The translations under genes and the position numbers were made by a program. This document shows positions 1 to 11,383 of a stretch of 64,000 nt of DNA, in pieces; the stretch's first letter is position 1, and each line of letters opens with the position of its first letter. Source of the DNA: Pseudomonadaceae bacterium (lineage in GTDB: Bacteria; Pseudomonadota; Gammaproteobacteria; Pseudomonadales; Pseudomonadaceae); contig OZ260094.1 in the NCBI GenBank assembly GCA_965284505.1, forward strand, positions 1,443,733 to 1,507,732, read 5' to 3'. Under the pieces are notes generated by a model. It was not told where the DNA came from and did no database searches. It was given only the letters and a program-made list of their open reading frames with translations.

Positions 1-429
1 GCCCATTGCGTCCAGATCGAGGATGGCAAAGTCCTTGAGCCCCTGCTCGCGCACCTCCCGCTCAAACGCCGGCCGCTGCTCATGGCTGATCAACGGCGCC
101 CAACCGTAGGCCTGGGTCCGCTGCAACAGGGGTTGGGTGTAGCCGGCGAATTCCTCGCGGGAGACGCTTCGAGAGTTGACGAAAAACCGCCGCAGGCTGT
201 CGAGGCGCAGTTCCTGGTCCTGGAAGCGTTCGGTGATTCGACTCTTGCGTTCGCTGACCAGCAATTGAAAGCGCTGCGCCACCTGCTGGTGATGCACGCT
301 GAGGGTCGCCCAGGCCAGCAGGCCCGTGAGCAGGCCACCGACCATCAGGGCCAGCAGGGCTATGAGCCAGGCGGACGCATCTTCATGGATGAGGCCGAGA
401 ATTCTGGGGCGTGCGACATGCAACGGCAT
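1..429 (-). CDS. 5' part of CHASE-domain membrane sensor (probably a diguanylate cyclase or sensor kinase); runs off the window edge
   Basis: Manual translation from ATG at 429: MPLHVARPRILGLIHEDASAWLIALLALMVGGLLTGLLAWATL...RLDSLRRFFVNSRSVSREEFAGYTQPLLQRTQAYGWAPLI. One TM helix, then CHASE-like F...V.R.EF motif. Open to position 1, so absent from the ORF track. Confidence 0.7.
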   Translation of the reverse strand, partial: MPLHVARPRILGLIHEDASAWLIALLALMVGGLLTGLLAWATLSVHHQQVAQRFQLLVSERKSRITERFQDQELRLDSLRRFFVNSRSVSREEFAGYTQPLLQRTQAYGWAPLISHEQRPAFEREVREQGLKDFAILDLDAMG

Positions 430-514
430 AAGCAAAACTCAAACGCCAGCGTGCTTTGGCGTCACCTTGGCCATGTCTGAAGTTATAGCTATTAGCCACT
501 AGATTAGCCAGCAC

Positions 515-557
515 AAAAAAAACCATGGAACCCAGATAAATCAAGGCTCCATGGTTT
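515..557 (-). terminator. Intrinsic terminator downstream of rlmKL
   Basis: Inverted repeat AACCATGGA...TCCATGGTT followed on the minus strand by a long U tract. Confidence 0.7.
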
Positions 558-567
558 CCTTCACACC

Positions 568-2838
<2,271 letters not shown>

Positions 2839-3250
2839 GGGGTTCCAGTGCCTTTGGCAATAAGTGAACGGGCAACGCATTGCCCGCTCGGTTTTCAATC
2901 AAGCGCTTTTCTAAAAGAACGCTCGCGTGGCACGAAAGTGTGCCGTCCCACCCCGGCCACTCATCCAGCCAACCGGCTGGAGTGAGCTTAGATGCCCGGG
3001 CAGATAAAAAATTCTGCGCAACAAAATGTCATAACTCGACCCTTCGTCGAATAGTACCCGAGTGCAACAGGTGGACATTCTCACTAAGGGATTAGCCTCA
3101 TCATTCTGCAAGAGCCTGATCATACCGGGGTTTGGCCGATACCCCGGGAAAACGCGGCAAATTACTTATGGCCATAACATCTTTATCGTTACGTCCTTAT
3201 GACAAAACGATCATTCCATACATGTGACGCATTGGTTAGAACTCAACTCA

Positions 3251-3382
3251 GGTTGACGCCGCAACGACGTCAACACCTTGGCTCGCCACGCCGGCAGCGA
3301 GCCGCCATTGGCAGAGTTTTTCTGCCTGACCTCGATAGGGGTCGACGCGACACATACAGTCAACAAGTGAGGGCAACACCCT
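3251..3382 (+). ncRNA. Structured rmf 5' leader (Pseudomonas rmf RNA motif)
   Basis: Four consecutive hairpins directly upstream of rmf (GTTGACG..CGTCAAC, GGCTCGC..GCGAGCC, GGCAGA..TCTGCC, GACC..GGTC). An rmf leader motif is known in Pseudomonas. Boundaries approximate. Confidence 0.65.
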
Positions 3383-3598
3383 ATGAGAAGACTTAAGCGT
3401 GATCCGTTGGAAAGAGCATTTTTGCGCGGATATCAATATGGCGTTGGTGGCAAATCCCGTGAGCTTTGCCCATTTACTCTACCGTCGGTACGCCAAGCCT
3501 GGATTAACGGCTGGCGAGAAGGACGCGGCGACAACTGGGACGGTATGACCGGCACTGCGGGAATCCACAGACTCAACGAACTTCACGCCGTCGGCTAA
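3383..3598 (+). CDS. rmf: Ribosome modulation factor
   Basis: MRRLKRDPLERAFLRGYQYGVGGKSRELCPF...WINGWREG is the RMF signature. Confidence 0.97.
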   Translation: MRRLKRDPLERAFLRGYQYGVGGKSRELCPFTLPSVRQAWINGWREGRGDNWDGMTGTAGIHRLNELHAVG

Positions 3599-3681
3599 TC
3601 AGGGCACACATCCGACACGACAATTTGAGCAGTTAACGACTTAACCACGCACGTCCTCTCCGGACGGCGGGCTTCGGCCCA

Positions 3682-3706
3682 GGGGCTCCCTCGAGGAGCC
3701 CTTTTT
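3682..3706 (+). terminator. Intrinsic terminator after rmf
   Basis: GGGCTCC-CTCGA-GGAGCCC followed by TTTTT. Confidence 0.8.
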
Positions 3707-3721
3707 ATGCCTGCGAAAAGC

Positions 3722-4741
3722 TCAGCGCATCGCGGCGATAGCGTCCACCGATTCGCGGATCAGCGCCGGGCCCTTATAGATGAAGCCCGAATAGATCTGC
3801 ACCAGGCTGGCGCCCGCAGCGATTTTCTCAGCCGCGTGCCTGCCTTCGGTGATGCCACCGGCAGCGATGATCGGCAGGCGACCGCCCAACTCCGACGCCA
3901 ATACCGACACGGTGTGGGTGCTCTTTTCGCGAACCGGTGCACCGGACAAACCGCCCATCTCGTCACCGTGTTCCATGCCTTCAACGCCAACGCGGCTCAG
4001 GGTGGTGTTGGTGGCGATGACCGCATCCATGCCGGTTTCAATCAGCGCTTGCGCCACCTGTGCGGTTTCTTCGTCACTCATGTCCGGCGCGATCTTGATC
4101 GCCAGCGGTACGTGCTTGCCGTGACGCAAAGCCAACTCCGCACGACGCTCTGCCAGGTCGGCGAGCAATTGCTTGAGCGAGTCACCGAACTGCAGGCTGC
4201 GCAGGCCCGGGGTGTTCGGCGAACTGACGTTGACCGTGACATAGCTGGCGTGGGCGTAAACCTTGTCCAGGCAGATCAGGTAGTCGTCGACCGCGCGCTC
4301 GACCGGGGTGTCGAAGTTCTTGCCGATATTGATGCCCAGCACGCCCTTGTACTTGGCCGCGGCAACCCGCGCCAGCAGGTGATCGACGCCGAGGTTGTTG
4401 AAACCCATGCGATTGATGATCGCCTCGGCTTGCGGCAGGCGGAAAATCCGTGGCTTTGGATTGCCCGGCTGCGGCCGTGGGGTGATGGTGCCGATTTCGA
4501 CAAAGCCGAAACCCAATTGAGCGAAACCGTCGATGGCCGCGCCGTTCTTGTCCAGGCCAGCTGCCAGACCCACCGGATTCGGAAAATCGAGGCCCATGAC
4601 GTTTACCGGCAGCGACGCCGGCGCCTTGCACAGCAAGCCGTTCAGGCCCAGGCGCCCGCCCGCGCCGATCAGGTCCAGGGACAGATCGTGGGAGGTTTCC
4701 GGGGAGAGTTTGAACAGCAGTTGGCGGGCCAGGGTATACAT
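3722..4741 (-). CDS. pyrD: Quinone-dependent dihydroorotate dehydrogenase (class 2)
   Basis: [36 protein letters not shown] motifs. Start at MYTLARQ. Confidence 0.96.
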   Translation of the reverse strand: MYTLARQLLFKLSPETSHDLSLDLIGAGGRLGLNGLLCKAPASLPVNVMGLDFPNPVGLAAGLDKNGAAIDGFAQLGFGFVEIGTITPRPQPGNPKPRIFRLPQAEAIINRMGFNNLGVDHLLARVAAAKYKGVLGINIGKNFDTPVERAVDDYLICLDKVYAHASYVTVNVSSPNTPGLRSLQFGDSLKQLLADLAERRAELALRHGKHVPLAIKIAPDMSDEETAQVAQALIETGMDAVIATNTTLSRVGVEGMEHGDEMGGLSGAPVREKSTHTVSVLASELGGRLPIIAAGGITEGRHAAEKIAAGASLVQIYSGFIYKGPALIRESVDAIAAMR

Positions 4742-4834
4742 GGGCGGACTTGACTCGATGGGCGGCGAAATGAGCCGGCGATTATAGCCGGGCACGGGCC
4801 CGCAAGCGAGGCGCACGAGCAAATCCGTGGGCGA

Positions 4835-4850
4835 TGGCATATGCCTTGCA
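4835..4850 (+). promoter_or_regulatory. sigma54 (-24/-12) promoter for nasST
   Basis: TGGCAT-atgcc-TTGCA matches TGGCAC-N5-TTGCW. Confidence 0.7.
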
Positions 4851-4877
4851 CTCGCTGCGTTATCAGCAACGCAGTCC

Positions 4878-4902
4878 CTGTGGGAGTGGGCTTGCCCGCG
4901 AA
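4878..4902. repeat. Single REP element in the putative nasS 5' UTR
   Basis: CTGTGGGAGTGGGCTTGCCCGCGAA, a one-mismatch copy of the REP at 30571. Confidence 0.8.
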
Positions 4903-4951
4903 AAATTGTGCCCGCCGCGCGCCCCACCGATTTTGCCAAGGTGCTCCAGCA

Positions 4952-6163
4952 ATGAACGAATCAACAGTCGACCCGCTGGCCTGGGTCAATGGCAGCGATG
5001 CCCCGGAAAAAACCGCGATCAACCTGGGCTTCATGGCCTTGAGCGACTGCGCCTCGGTGGTAGTCGCCGCCACCCAGGGCTTCGCCCAGCCCTATGGCCT
5101 GACCCTGAACCTCAAGCGCCAATCGTCCTGGGCCAACCTGCGGGACAAGCTGGTCAGTGGCGAACTCGACGCCGCCCACAGCCTTTATGGCCTGGTCTAT
5201 GGCATGCACCTGGGTATTGGCGGCACGCCCGCCACCGATATGGCAGTGCTCATGGGCCTGAACCAGAACGGCCAGAGCATCAACCTGTCCCATGGTCTGC
5301 AGGGGCTGGGCGTGAACAGTCCTGAGGCGCTGCATCGGCACGTGCACCAAAGTCGCGCAAAACTGACCTTCGCCCAGACTTTTCCTACAGGCACCCACGC
5401 CATGTGGTTGTACTACTGGCTGGCGAGCCAGGGCATTCATCCGTTGCAGGATGTCGCCAGTGTGGTGGTGCCGCCCTCACAAATGGTCGCACACCTGCAG
5501 GCCGGACGGATCGACGGCTTCTGCGTCGGTGAGCCGTGGAGCGCCAGTGCGGTGCGGCAGAACCTCGGCTTCACCCTGGCCACCAGCCAGGCGATCTGGC
5601 CGGACCACCCGGAAAAAGTCCTCGGCTGCACCCACGCCTTCGTCGAGCAATACCCCAATACCGCTCGGGCGCTGGTGATGGCGATCCTCGAAGCCAGCCG
5701 ATTCATCGAACAAAGTCAGGAGAATCGCCGCAGCACCGCGCAATTGCTCAGCGCACCTGAGTACCTCGACACGCCGCTGGAATGCATCGCCCCGCGCCTG
5801 CTCGGCGACTACGACGACGGCCTGGGCAATCGCTGGCAGGACCCGCACGCCTTGCGCTTTCATAATGACGGCGAGGTCAACCAGCCCTACCTGAGCGATG
5901 GCATGTGGTTCATGACCCAGTTCCGCCGCTGGGGCTTGCTGCGCGATGACCCGGATTACCTGCAGGTGGCCCGTCAGGTCCAGCAACTCGATCTCTATAA
6001 CGATGCCGCAGGCGCCCTCGGCGTACCAAGCCAGCGCCAGGAAATGCGCAGCAGCCAACTGATCGACGGCAAAGTCTGGGACGGCTCCGACCCCGCCGCC
6101 TATGCCCGCAGTTTCCGCCTGCACGCCATGGCCGACAACGGCCCCCGGCACGCCAGCCGCTGA
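4952..6163 (+). CDS. nasS: NasS nitrate/nitrite sensor (CmpA/NrtA binding-protein fold, no signal peptide)
   Basis: [27 protein letters not shown] motifs of the NrtA/CmpA family. No export signal. Directly upstream of an ANTAR regulator. Confidence 0.88.
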   Translation: MNESTVDPLAWVNGSDAPEKTAINLGFMALSDCASVVVAATQGFAQPYGLTLNLKRQSSWANLRDKLVSGELDAAHSLYGLVYGMHLGIGGTPATDMAVLMGLNQNGQSINLSHGLQGLGVNSPEALHRHVHQSRAKLTFAQTFPTGTHAMWLYYWLASQGIHPLQDVASVVVPPSQMVAHLQAGRIDGFCVGEPWSASAVRQNLGFTLATSQAIWPDHPEKVLGCTHAFVEQYPNTARALVMAILEASRFIEQSQENRRSTAQLLSAPEYLDTPLECIAPRLLGDYDDGLGNRWQDPHALRFHNDGEVNQPYLSDGMWFMTQFRRWGLLRDDPDYLQVARQVQQLDLYNDAAGALGVPSQRQEMRSSQLIDGKVWDGSDPAAYARSFRLHAMADNGPRHASR

Positions 6164-6178
6164 CAGGAGAGCCAGAGC

Positions 6179-6763
6179 ATGTTGCGTATCCTGCTGATCA
6201 ACGACACCGCAAAAAAGGTCGGGCGCCTGAAAACCGCACTGACCGAAGCCGGCTTTGAAGTGATCGACGAATCCGGCCTGACCATCGACCTGCCGGCACG
6301 CGTCGAAACAGTGCGTCCGGACGTGATCCTGATCGATACCGAGTCACCCAGCCGCGATGTGCTGGAGCAAGTGGTGCTGGTCAGCCGCGACCAGCCACGG
6401 CCGATCGTGATGTTCACCGACGAGCACGACCCCGGCGTGATGCGCCAGGCGATCAAGTCCGGGGTCAGCGCCTATATAGTCGAGGGCATCCATGCCGCAC
6501 GCCTGCAGCCGATTCTCGATGTCGCCATGGCACGTTTCGAGAGCGACCAGGCCCTGCGCGCCCAGCTGCACGCCCGCGACCAGCAACTGGCCGAGCGCAA
6601 GCGCATCGAACTGGCCAAGGGACTGCTGATGAAAATGAAGGACTGCAATGAAGAGCAGGCCTACACCCTGATGCGCCGCCAGGCCATGAGCCGCCAGCAG
6701 AAACTGATCCAGGTCGCCGAGCAGATTATCGCCATGAGCGAGTTGCTGGGCGGTCAGTCGTGA
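6179..6763 (+). CDS. nasT: NasT pseudo-receiver/ANTAR antitermination protein
   Basis: N-terminal receiver-like domain; C-terminal ANTAR motif ERKRIELAKGLLM...EEQAYTLMRRQAM. Confidence 0.93.
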   Translation: MLRILLINDTAKKVGRLKTALTEAGFEVIDESGLTIDLPARVETVRPDVILIDTESPSRDVLEQVVLVSRDQPRPIVMFTDEHDPGVMRQAIKSGVSAYIVEGIHAARLQPILDVAMARFESDQALRAQLHARDQQLAERKRIELAKGLLMKMKDCNEEQAYTLMRRQAMSRQQKLIQVAEQIIAMSELLGGQS

Positions 6764-6778
6764 CCCTACCCGGGCGGT

Positions 6779-6794
6779 TGGCACAGATCTCGCT
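6779..6794 (+). promoter_or_regulatory. sigma54 promoter of the nitrate transporter operon
   Basis: TGGCAC-agatc-TCGCT. Confidence 0.8.
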
Positions 6795-6812
6795 AAGTAA
6801 AGGTTACCGGTA

Positions 6813-6891
6813 GCCAACGGCGGTTGCCCCATCCACGACAACGACGTCGCACACCCCTTACGCGCAAGCGCAGCGGGTTGCGGCGTTTTTT
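6813..6891 (+). promoter_or_regulatory. ANTAR dual-hairpin leader with overlapping terminator (NasT target 1)
   Basis: P1 GCC-AACGGC-GGT (6813-6824) and P2 CGAC-AACGAC-GTCG (6836-6849), both with AxxGxx hexaloops. Terminator stem GACGTCGCA/TGCGGCGTT plus U tract overlaps P2. Confidence 0.85.
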
Positions 6892-6983
6892 CGTTTTGGC
6901 CCCACAGCCCGGGGCCGGTGGTGCGGCCGTTGTGGCGCGCCACCGCAAAGCTCACGACTCCCTTTTAACCGCTGAGGTGCGCG

Positions 6984-8195
6984 ATGAATTCAAGCTTCTG
7001 GAAATCCGGCCATACCCCGACCCTGTTCGCGGCCTTCCTGTACTTCGACCTGAGCTTCATGGTCTGGTACCTGCTCGGCCCGCTGGCGGTGCAGATCGCC
7101 GCCGACCTGCAGTTGACCACCCAACAACGCGGCCTGATGGTCGCCACGCCAATCCTCGCCGGCGCCCTCCTACGCTTCGTGATGGGCTTGCTGGCCGACC
7201 GCCTGTCACCGAAAACCGCCGGGCTGATTGGCCAGGTGATCGTCATCTGCGCACTGTTTGGCGCCTGGAAGCTGGGCATCCACAGCTACGAACAAGCCCT
7301 GCTGCTCGGGGTGTTCCTCGGCATGGCCGGCGCTTCGTTCGCCGTCGCCCTGCCCCTCGCCTCCCAGTGGTATCCGCCGCAGCACCAGGGCAAGGCCATG
7401 GGCATCGCCGGTGCCGGTAACTCCGGCACCGTGCTGGCAGCCTTGATCGCGCCCGTGCTGGCGGCGGCGTTCGGCTGGAGCAACGTCTTCGGCTTCGCCC
7501 TGATCCCGCTGATCCTGACCCTGGTGATCTTTGCCTGGCTGGCGAAAAACGCCCCGGAGCGCCCGAAAGCCAAGTCGATGGCCGACTACTTCAAGGCCCT
7601 GGGCGACCGCGACAGCTGGTGGTTCATGTTCTTCTACTGCGTGACCTTCGGCGGCTTCATCGGCCTGGCCAGCGCCCTGCCCGGCTACTTCAACGACCAG
7701 TACGGCCTGAGCCCGGTGACTGCCGGCTACTACACCGCGGCCTGCGTGTTCGGCGGCAGCCTGATGCGCCCCCTCGGCGGCGCGCTGGCGGACCGCTTCG
7801 GCGGCATCCGCACCCTGCTGCTGATGTACACGGTCGCGATCATCTGTATCGCTGCAGTGGGCTTCAACTTGCCGAATTCCTACGCGGCATTGGCACTGTT
7901 CGTCTGCACCATGCTCGGTCTCGGTGCCGGCAATGGTGCAGTTTTCCAGCTGGTTCCGCAGCGTTTTCGTCGCGAGATCGGGGTGATGACCGGGCTGATC
8001 GGCATGGCCGGCGGCATTGGCGGCTTCGCCCTGGCAGCGGGCATGGGCGCGATCAAACAGAGCACCGGCAGCTATCAACTGGCCCTGTGGCTGTTCGCCA
8101 GTCTCGGCGTGCTAGCCTGGTTTGGCCTGCACGGGGTCAAGCGTCGCTGGAGAACCACCTGGGGCTCGGCGGCCGTGACCGCGGCGCGGGTCTGA
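6984..8195 (+). CDS. nasA: NarK/NasA-family MFS nitrate/nitrite transporter
   Basis: About 12 hydrophobic segments; nitrate signatures AGASFAVALP..GIAGAGNSG and GAGNGAVFQLVP. Confidence 0.9.
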   Translation: MNSSFWKSGHTPTLFAAFLYFDLSFMVWYLLGPLAVQIAADLQLTTQQRGLMVATPILAGALLRFVMGLLADRLSPKTAGLIGQVIVICALFGAWKLGIHSYEQALLLGVFLGMAGASFAVALPLASQWYPPQHQGKAMGIAGAGNSGTVLAALIAPVLAAAFGWSNVFGFALIPLILTLVIFAWLAKNAPERPKAKSMADYFKALGDRDSWWFMFFYCVTFGGFIGLASALPGYFNDQYGLSPVTAGYYTAACVFGGSLMRPLGGALADRFGGIRTLLLMYTVAIICIAAVGFNLPNSYAALALFVCTMLGLGAGNGAVFQLVPQRFRREIGVMTGLIGMAGGIGGFALAAGMGAIKQSTGSYQLALWLFASLGVLAWFGLHGVKRRWRTTWGSAAVTAARV

Positions 8196-8202
8196 TCAAT
8201 CG

Positions 8203-9867
8203 ATGAGCCTGCAACTGAGTTTTGCCGAGGCCAGCGCCATTGGTCCACGTGAGGAAAACCAGGACGCCCTGCGCCTGGTGACCCCGGCCGCCGACATCGC
8301 CGCCAGCAAGGGCTTTCTGTTTGCCATTGCGGACGGCGTCAGCCAATGCGCCGATGGCGGACTGGCGGCGCGCACCACCCTGCAGGCGCTGGCGCTGGAC
8401 TACTACGCGACGCCGCAGACCTGGGGTGTCGCGCAGTCCCTGGACCGTCTGCTGCTGGCGCAGAACCGCTGGTTGCAGGCCAACGGTGGCGGCTTGCCGT
8501 TGTTGACCACGGTCAGCGCACTGGTGTTGCGCGGGCAACGCTTCACCTTGGCCCACGTCGGCGACTGCCGGGTCTATCGCTGGCATGCCGGGCAGTTGCA
8601 GCGCATCAGCGAGGATCACGTCTGGGAGCAACCGGGCATGCAACATGTGCTCAAGCGCGCGCTGGGCCTGGACCAACACCTGGTGCTGGATTTTCTCGAT
8701 GGCGAACTGCGCGCCGGCGAATGTTTCGTGCTGCTCAGCGACGGCGTCTGGGCGACGCTGGGCGACACTGCTATCGCCGCTATCCTGCGCGATCAACCGG
8801 ACCTCGACAGCGCGGCGCAGACCCTGGTCAACGCCGCGCACCTGGCCGGCAGCCAGGACAATGCCAGCGCGCTGCTGGTGCGGGTCGATGCCCTCGGTGA
8901 AGCGAGCATTGGCGATGCACTGATTCACTTGCAGCAATGGCCGTTACCGCCGCCGCTCAAGCCGGGTCAGGCGTTCGAAGGCTGGCAGGTCGAAAGCCTG
9001 ATTGGGCAAAGCCAGCAATCCTTGCTTTATCGAGTGCGCGACAGCCAGCAGCAACCCTGGCTGTTGAAGACCTTGCCAATGGGCGATGACCCGGTGGCAG
9101 CCCAGGCCTTGTTGTCGGAGGAATGGTTTCTCAAGCGCGTTGCCGGTCGCAGCTTCCCGGAAATTCATCCGGCGACCCAGCGTCAACACCTGTACTACGT
9201 GATGCGCGAATACCCGGGCCAGACCCTGGCGCAGCTGTTTAACGAACACGGCCCGTTACCCATCGAACAGTGGCGGGCGCTGGCTGAGCGCTTGTTGCGG
9301 GCGGTGGGCATGCTCCATCGACGACAGATCCTGCACCGCGATATCAAGCCGGAGAATCTGCTGCTGGCGGCTGACGGCGAGTTGCGCCTGCTGGATTTTG
9401 GCCTGGCCTATTGTCCGGGACTGTCCGCCGATCCGTCCAACCTGCTGCCCGGCACCCCCAGCTACATCGCTCCGGAAGCGTTCAACGGCGACACTCCTAC
9501 AGCCCAGCAAGACCTGTATGCCGTCGGCGTGACCCTGTATTACCTGGCCACCGGGCACTATCCCTACGGCGAAATCGAAGCCTTCCAGCGTCCACGGTTC
9601 GGCGTGCCGGTCAGCGCCCAGCGCTATCGACCGGATCTCCCCGACTGGCTGGGCCAGAGCCTGGAGCGCGGGGTCAATGCCGACCCGGCTGAGCGCTATG
9701 AAACCGCCGAAGAATGGCTGCTGGTGCTTGAGCAAGGCGAACGTCGCAGCCTGAGCGCACGGCCACGGCCGTTGCTCGAGCGCGAACCGCTGAAAGTCTG
9801 GCGCACCCTGGCCCTGGTCTCACTGCTGATCAACCTGCTGCTGTTGTTCGCCCTGTTCCACGGCTGA
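8203..9867 (+). CDS. Bifunctional PP2C phosphatase / Hanks-type Ser/Thr kinase with C-terminal membrane anchor
   Basis: PP2C motifs ENQDA, ADGVS, HVGDCR, LSDGV, SQDN; kinase motifs HRDIKPEN, DFG, GTPSYIAPE; hydrophobic C-terminus. Confidence 0.9.
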   Translation: MSLQLSFAEASAIGPREENQDALRLVTPAADIAASKGFLFAIADGVSQCADGGLAARTTLQALALDYYATPQTWGVAQSLDRLLLAQNRWLQANGGGLPLLTTVSALVLRGQRFTLAHVGDCRVYRWHAGQLQRISEDHVWEQPGMQHVLKRALGLDQHLVLDFLDGELRAGECFVLLSDGVWATLGDTAIAAILRDQPDLDSAAQTLVNAAHLAGSQDNASALLVRVDALGEASIGDALIHLQQWPLPPPLKPGQAFEGWQVESLIGQSQQSLLYRVRDSQQQPWLLKTLPMGDDPVAAQALLSEEWFLKRVAGRSFPEIHPATQRQHLYYVMREYPGQTLAQLFNEHGPLPIEQWRALAERLLRAVGMLHRRQILHRDIKPENLLLAADGELRLLDFGLAYCPGLSADPSNLLPGTPSYIAPEAFNGDTPTAQQDLYAVGVTLYYLATGHYPYGEIEAFQRPRFGVPVSAQRYRPDLPDWLGQSLERGVNADPAERYETAEEWLLVLEQGERRSLSARPRPLLEREPLKVWRTLALVSLLINLLLLFALFHG

Positions 9868-9894
9868 TACCCGCCGCGCCATCCCTGTGCGCAC

Positions 9895-9911
9895 TGCCTT
9901 CAATCGGTGCA
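9895..9911. promoter_or_regulatory. Putative NtrC enhancer site
   Basis: TGCCT-N7-GTGCA resembles TGCAC-N7-GTGCA, about 65 bp upstream of the sigma54 promoter at 9977. Confidence 0.5.
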
Positions 9912-9976
9912 CACCTCCACGCCTTTGCGCCTCCCCAAGTCGCTTGCAGGCCGCTGATTGCGCGTTTGCCCAGACT

Positions 9977-9992
9977 TGGCACAACCGCTGCA
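9977..9992 (+). promoter_or_regulatory. sigma54 promoter of the nirB-nitrate reductase operon
   Basis: TGGCAC-aaccg-CTGCA. Confidence 0.8.
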
Positions 9993-10050
9993 TTAGTCCT
10001 CTCACCATACATAACGCCCGGCCTCCAACGTTGGAGACCAGGCCGCCCGA

Positions 10051-10108
10051 GAGAACGGGTTCAGGACAAAGGTGTCCTCGCCAGGTAACTGGCGGGACGC
10101 CTTTTTTT
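10051..10108 (+). promoter_or_regulatory. ANTAR dual-hairpin leader with overlapping terminator (NasT target 2)
   Basis: P1 GAG-AACGGG-TTC and P2 GGAC-AAAGGT-GTCC. Terminator GGTGTCCTCGCCAG-GTAA-CTGGCGGGACGCC-T7 overlaps P2. Confidence 0.88.
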
Positions 10109-10156
10109 GTTTGCGCAAAAAACATCGAGCCAGGCAGTGGGCTTGCGGAGAACCTG

Positions 10157-11383
10157 ATGAAAAAAATGAAACTGGTGATGATCGGCAACGGTATGGCCGG
10201 GGTCCGCACGCTCGAAGAACTGCTCAAACTGAGCAACGAACTGTATGACATCACCGTTTTCGGTGCCGAGCCCCACGCCAACTACAACCGCATCCTGCTA
10301 TCACCGGTGCTGGCCGGCGAGCAGACCTTCGACGAGATCGTGCTCAACGACCTCAGTTGGTACCAGGACCACAACATCAAGTTGCTGCTCAACCGCAAAG
10401 TGGTGGAAATCGACCGGATCAAGCGCCGGGTGATTGCCGACGACGGCACCGAGGCCGAGTACGATCGCCTGCTGATCGCCACCGGCTCGACCCCGTTCAT
10501 GCTGCCGATTCCCGGCAATACCCTGGAGGGAGTGATCGGCTACCGCGACATCGCCGACACCCAGGCGATGATCGACACCGCAAAAACCCACCGCCACGCG
10601 GTGGTCATCGGCGGTGGCCTGCTGGGCCTGGAGGCTGCCAACGGCTTGATGTTGCGCGGCATGCACGTGACTGTGGTGCACATCGGCGAATGGTTGCTGG
10701 AACGGCAACTGGACAAAACCAGCGGCCAACTGCTGCAGGCCGCACTGGAAAGTCGTGGCCTGCATTTTCGCCTGAGCGCGCAGACCCAGGCCCTGCACGA
10801 TGCCGGCAACGGCCGGGTTGGCTCGGTGCAGTTCAACAATGGCGAGGTGATCCCCGCCGACCTGGTGGTGATGGCCGCCGGCATCCGCCCTGCCACCGAA
10901 CTCGCGGAAAAGGCCGGGCTGCCCTGCAATCGGGGGATCCTGGTCAATGACACCCTGCAAACCTACGACCCGCGGATCTATGCGATCGGCGAATGCGCCA
11001 GTCATCGCGGCATCGCCTACGGCCTGGTGGCGCCGCTGTTCGAGCAGGCCAAGGTCTGCGCCAATCACCTGGCGCAACTGGGCTTCGCCCGTTATCCGGG
11101 CTCGGTGACCTCGACCAAATTGAAAGTCACCGGTATCGACCTGTTCTCCGCCGGCGATTTCAAGGGTGACGAAGGCACCGAAACCATCACCCTGCGCGAC
11201 CCCATCGACGGCATCTACAAGAAACTGGTGATCAAGGACGACGTGCTGGTCGGCGCCTGCCTGTACGGCGACACCGCCGACGGTGGCTGGTATTTCCAGC
11301 AGATCCGCGAGCAGTGCAACATCGGCCAAATCCGCGATCACTTGATGTTCGGTGACACGCCGGCACTGCGGGAAGCACGCTGA
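10157..11383 (+). CDS. nirB: NirB N-terminal FAD/NAD(P)H oxidoreductase domain only (408 aa); lacks the [2Fe-2S], siroheme and [4Fe-4S] half
   Basis: IGNGMAG, NYNRILLS, IGGGLLGLEAA, TKLKVTGIDLFSAG are NirB-type. The protein ends at ...RDHLMFGDTPALREAR with no downstream Cys clusters. Confidence 0.85.
   Translation: MKKMKLVMIGNGMAGVRTLEELLKLSNELYDITVFGAEPHANYNRILLSPVLAGEQTFDEIVLNDLSWYQDHNIKLLLNRKVVEIDRIKRRVIADDGTEAEYDRLLIATGSTPFMLPIPGNTLEGVIGYRDIADTQAMIDTAKTHRHAVVIGGGLLGLEAANGLMLRGMHVTVVHIGEWLLERQLDKTSGQLLQAALESRGLHFRLSAQTQALHDAGNGRVGSVQFNNGEVIPADLVVMAAGIRPATELAEKAGLPCNRGILVNDTLQTYDPRIYAIGECASHRGIAYGLVAPLFEQAKVCANHLAQLGFARYPGSVTSTKLKVTGIDLFSAGDFKGDEGTETITLRDPIDGIYKKLVIKDDVLVGACLYGDTADGGWYFQQIREQCNIGQIRDHLMFGDTPALREAR

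Noticed and set aside
82-480. 132-aa plus-strand ORF at the window start
   Set aside because: The opposite strand encodes a convincing TM+CHASE protein.
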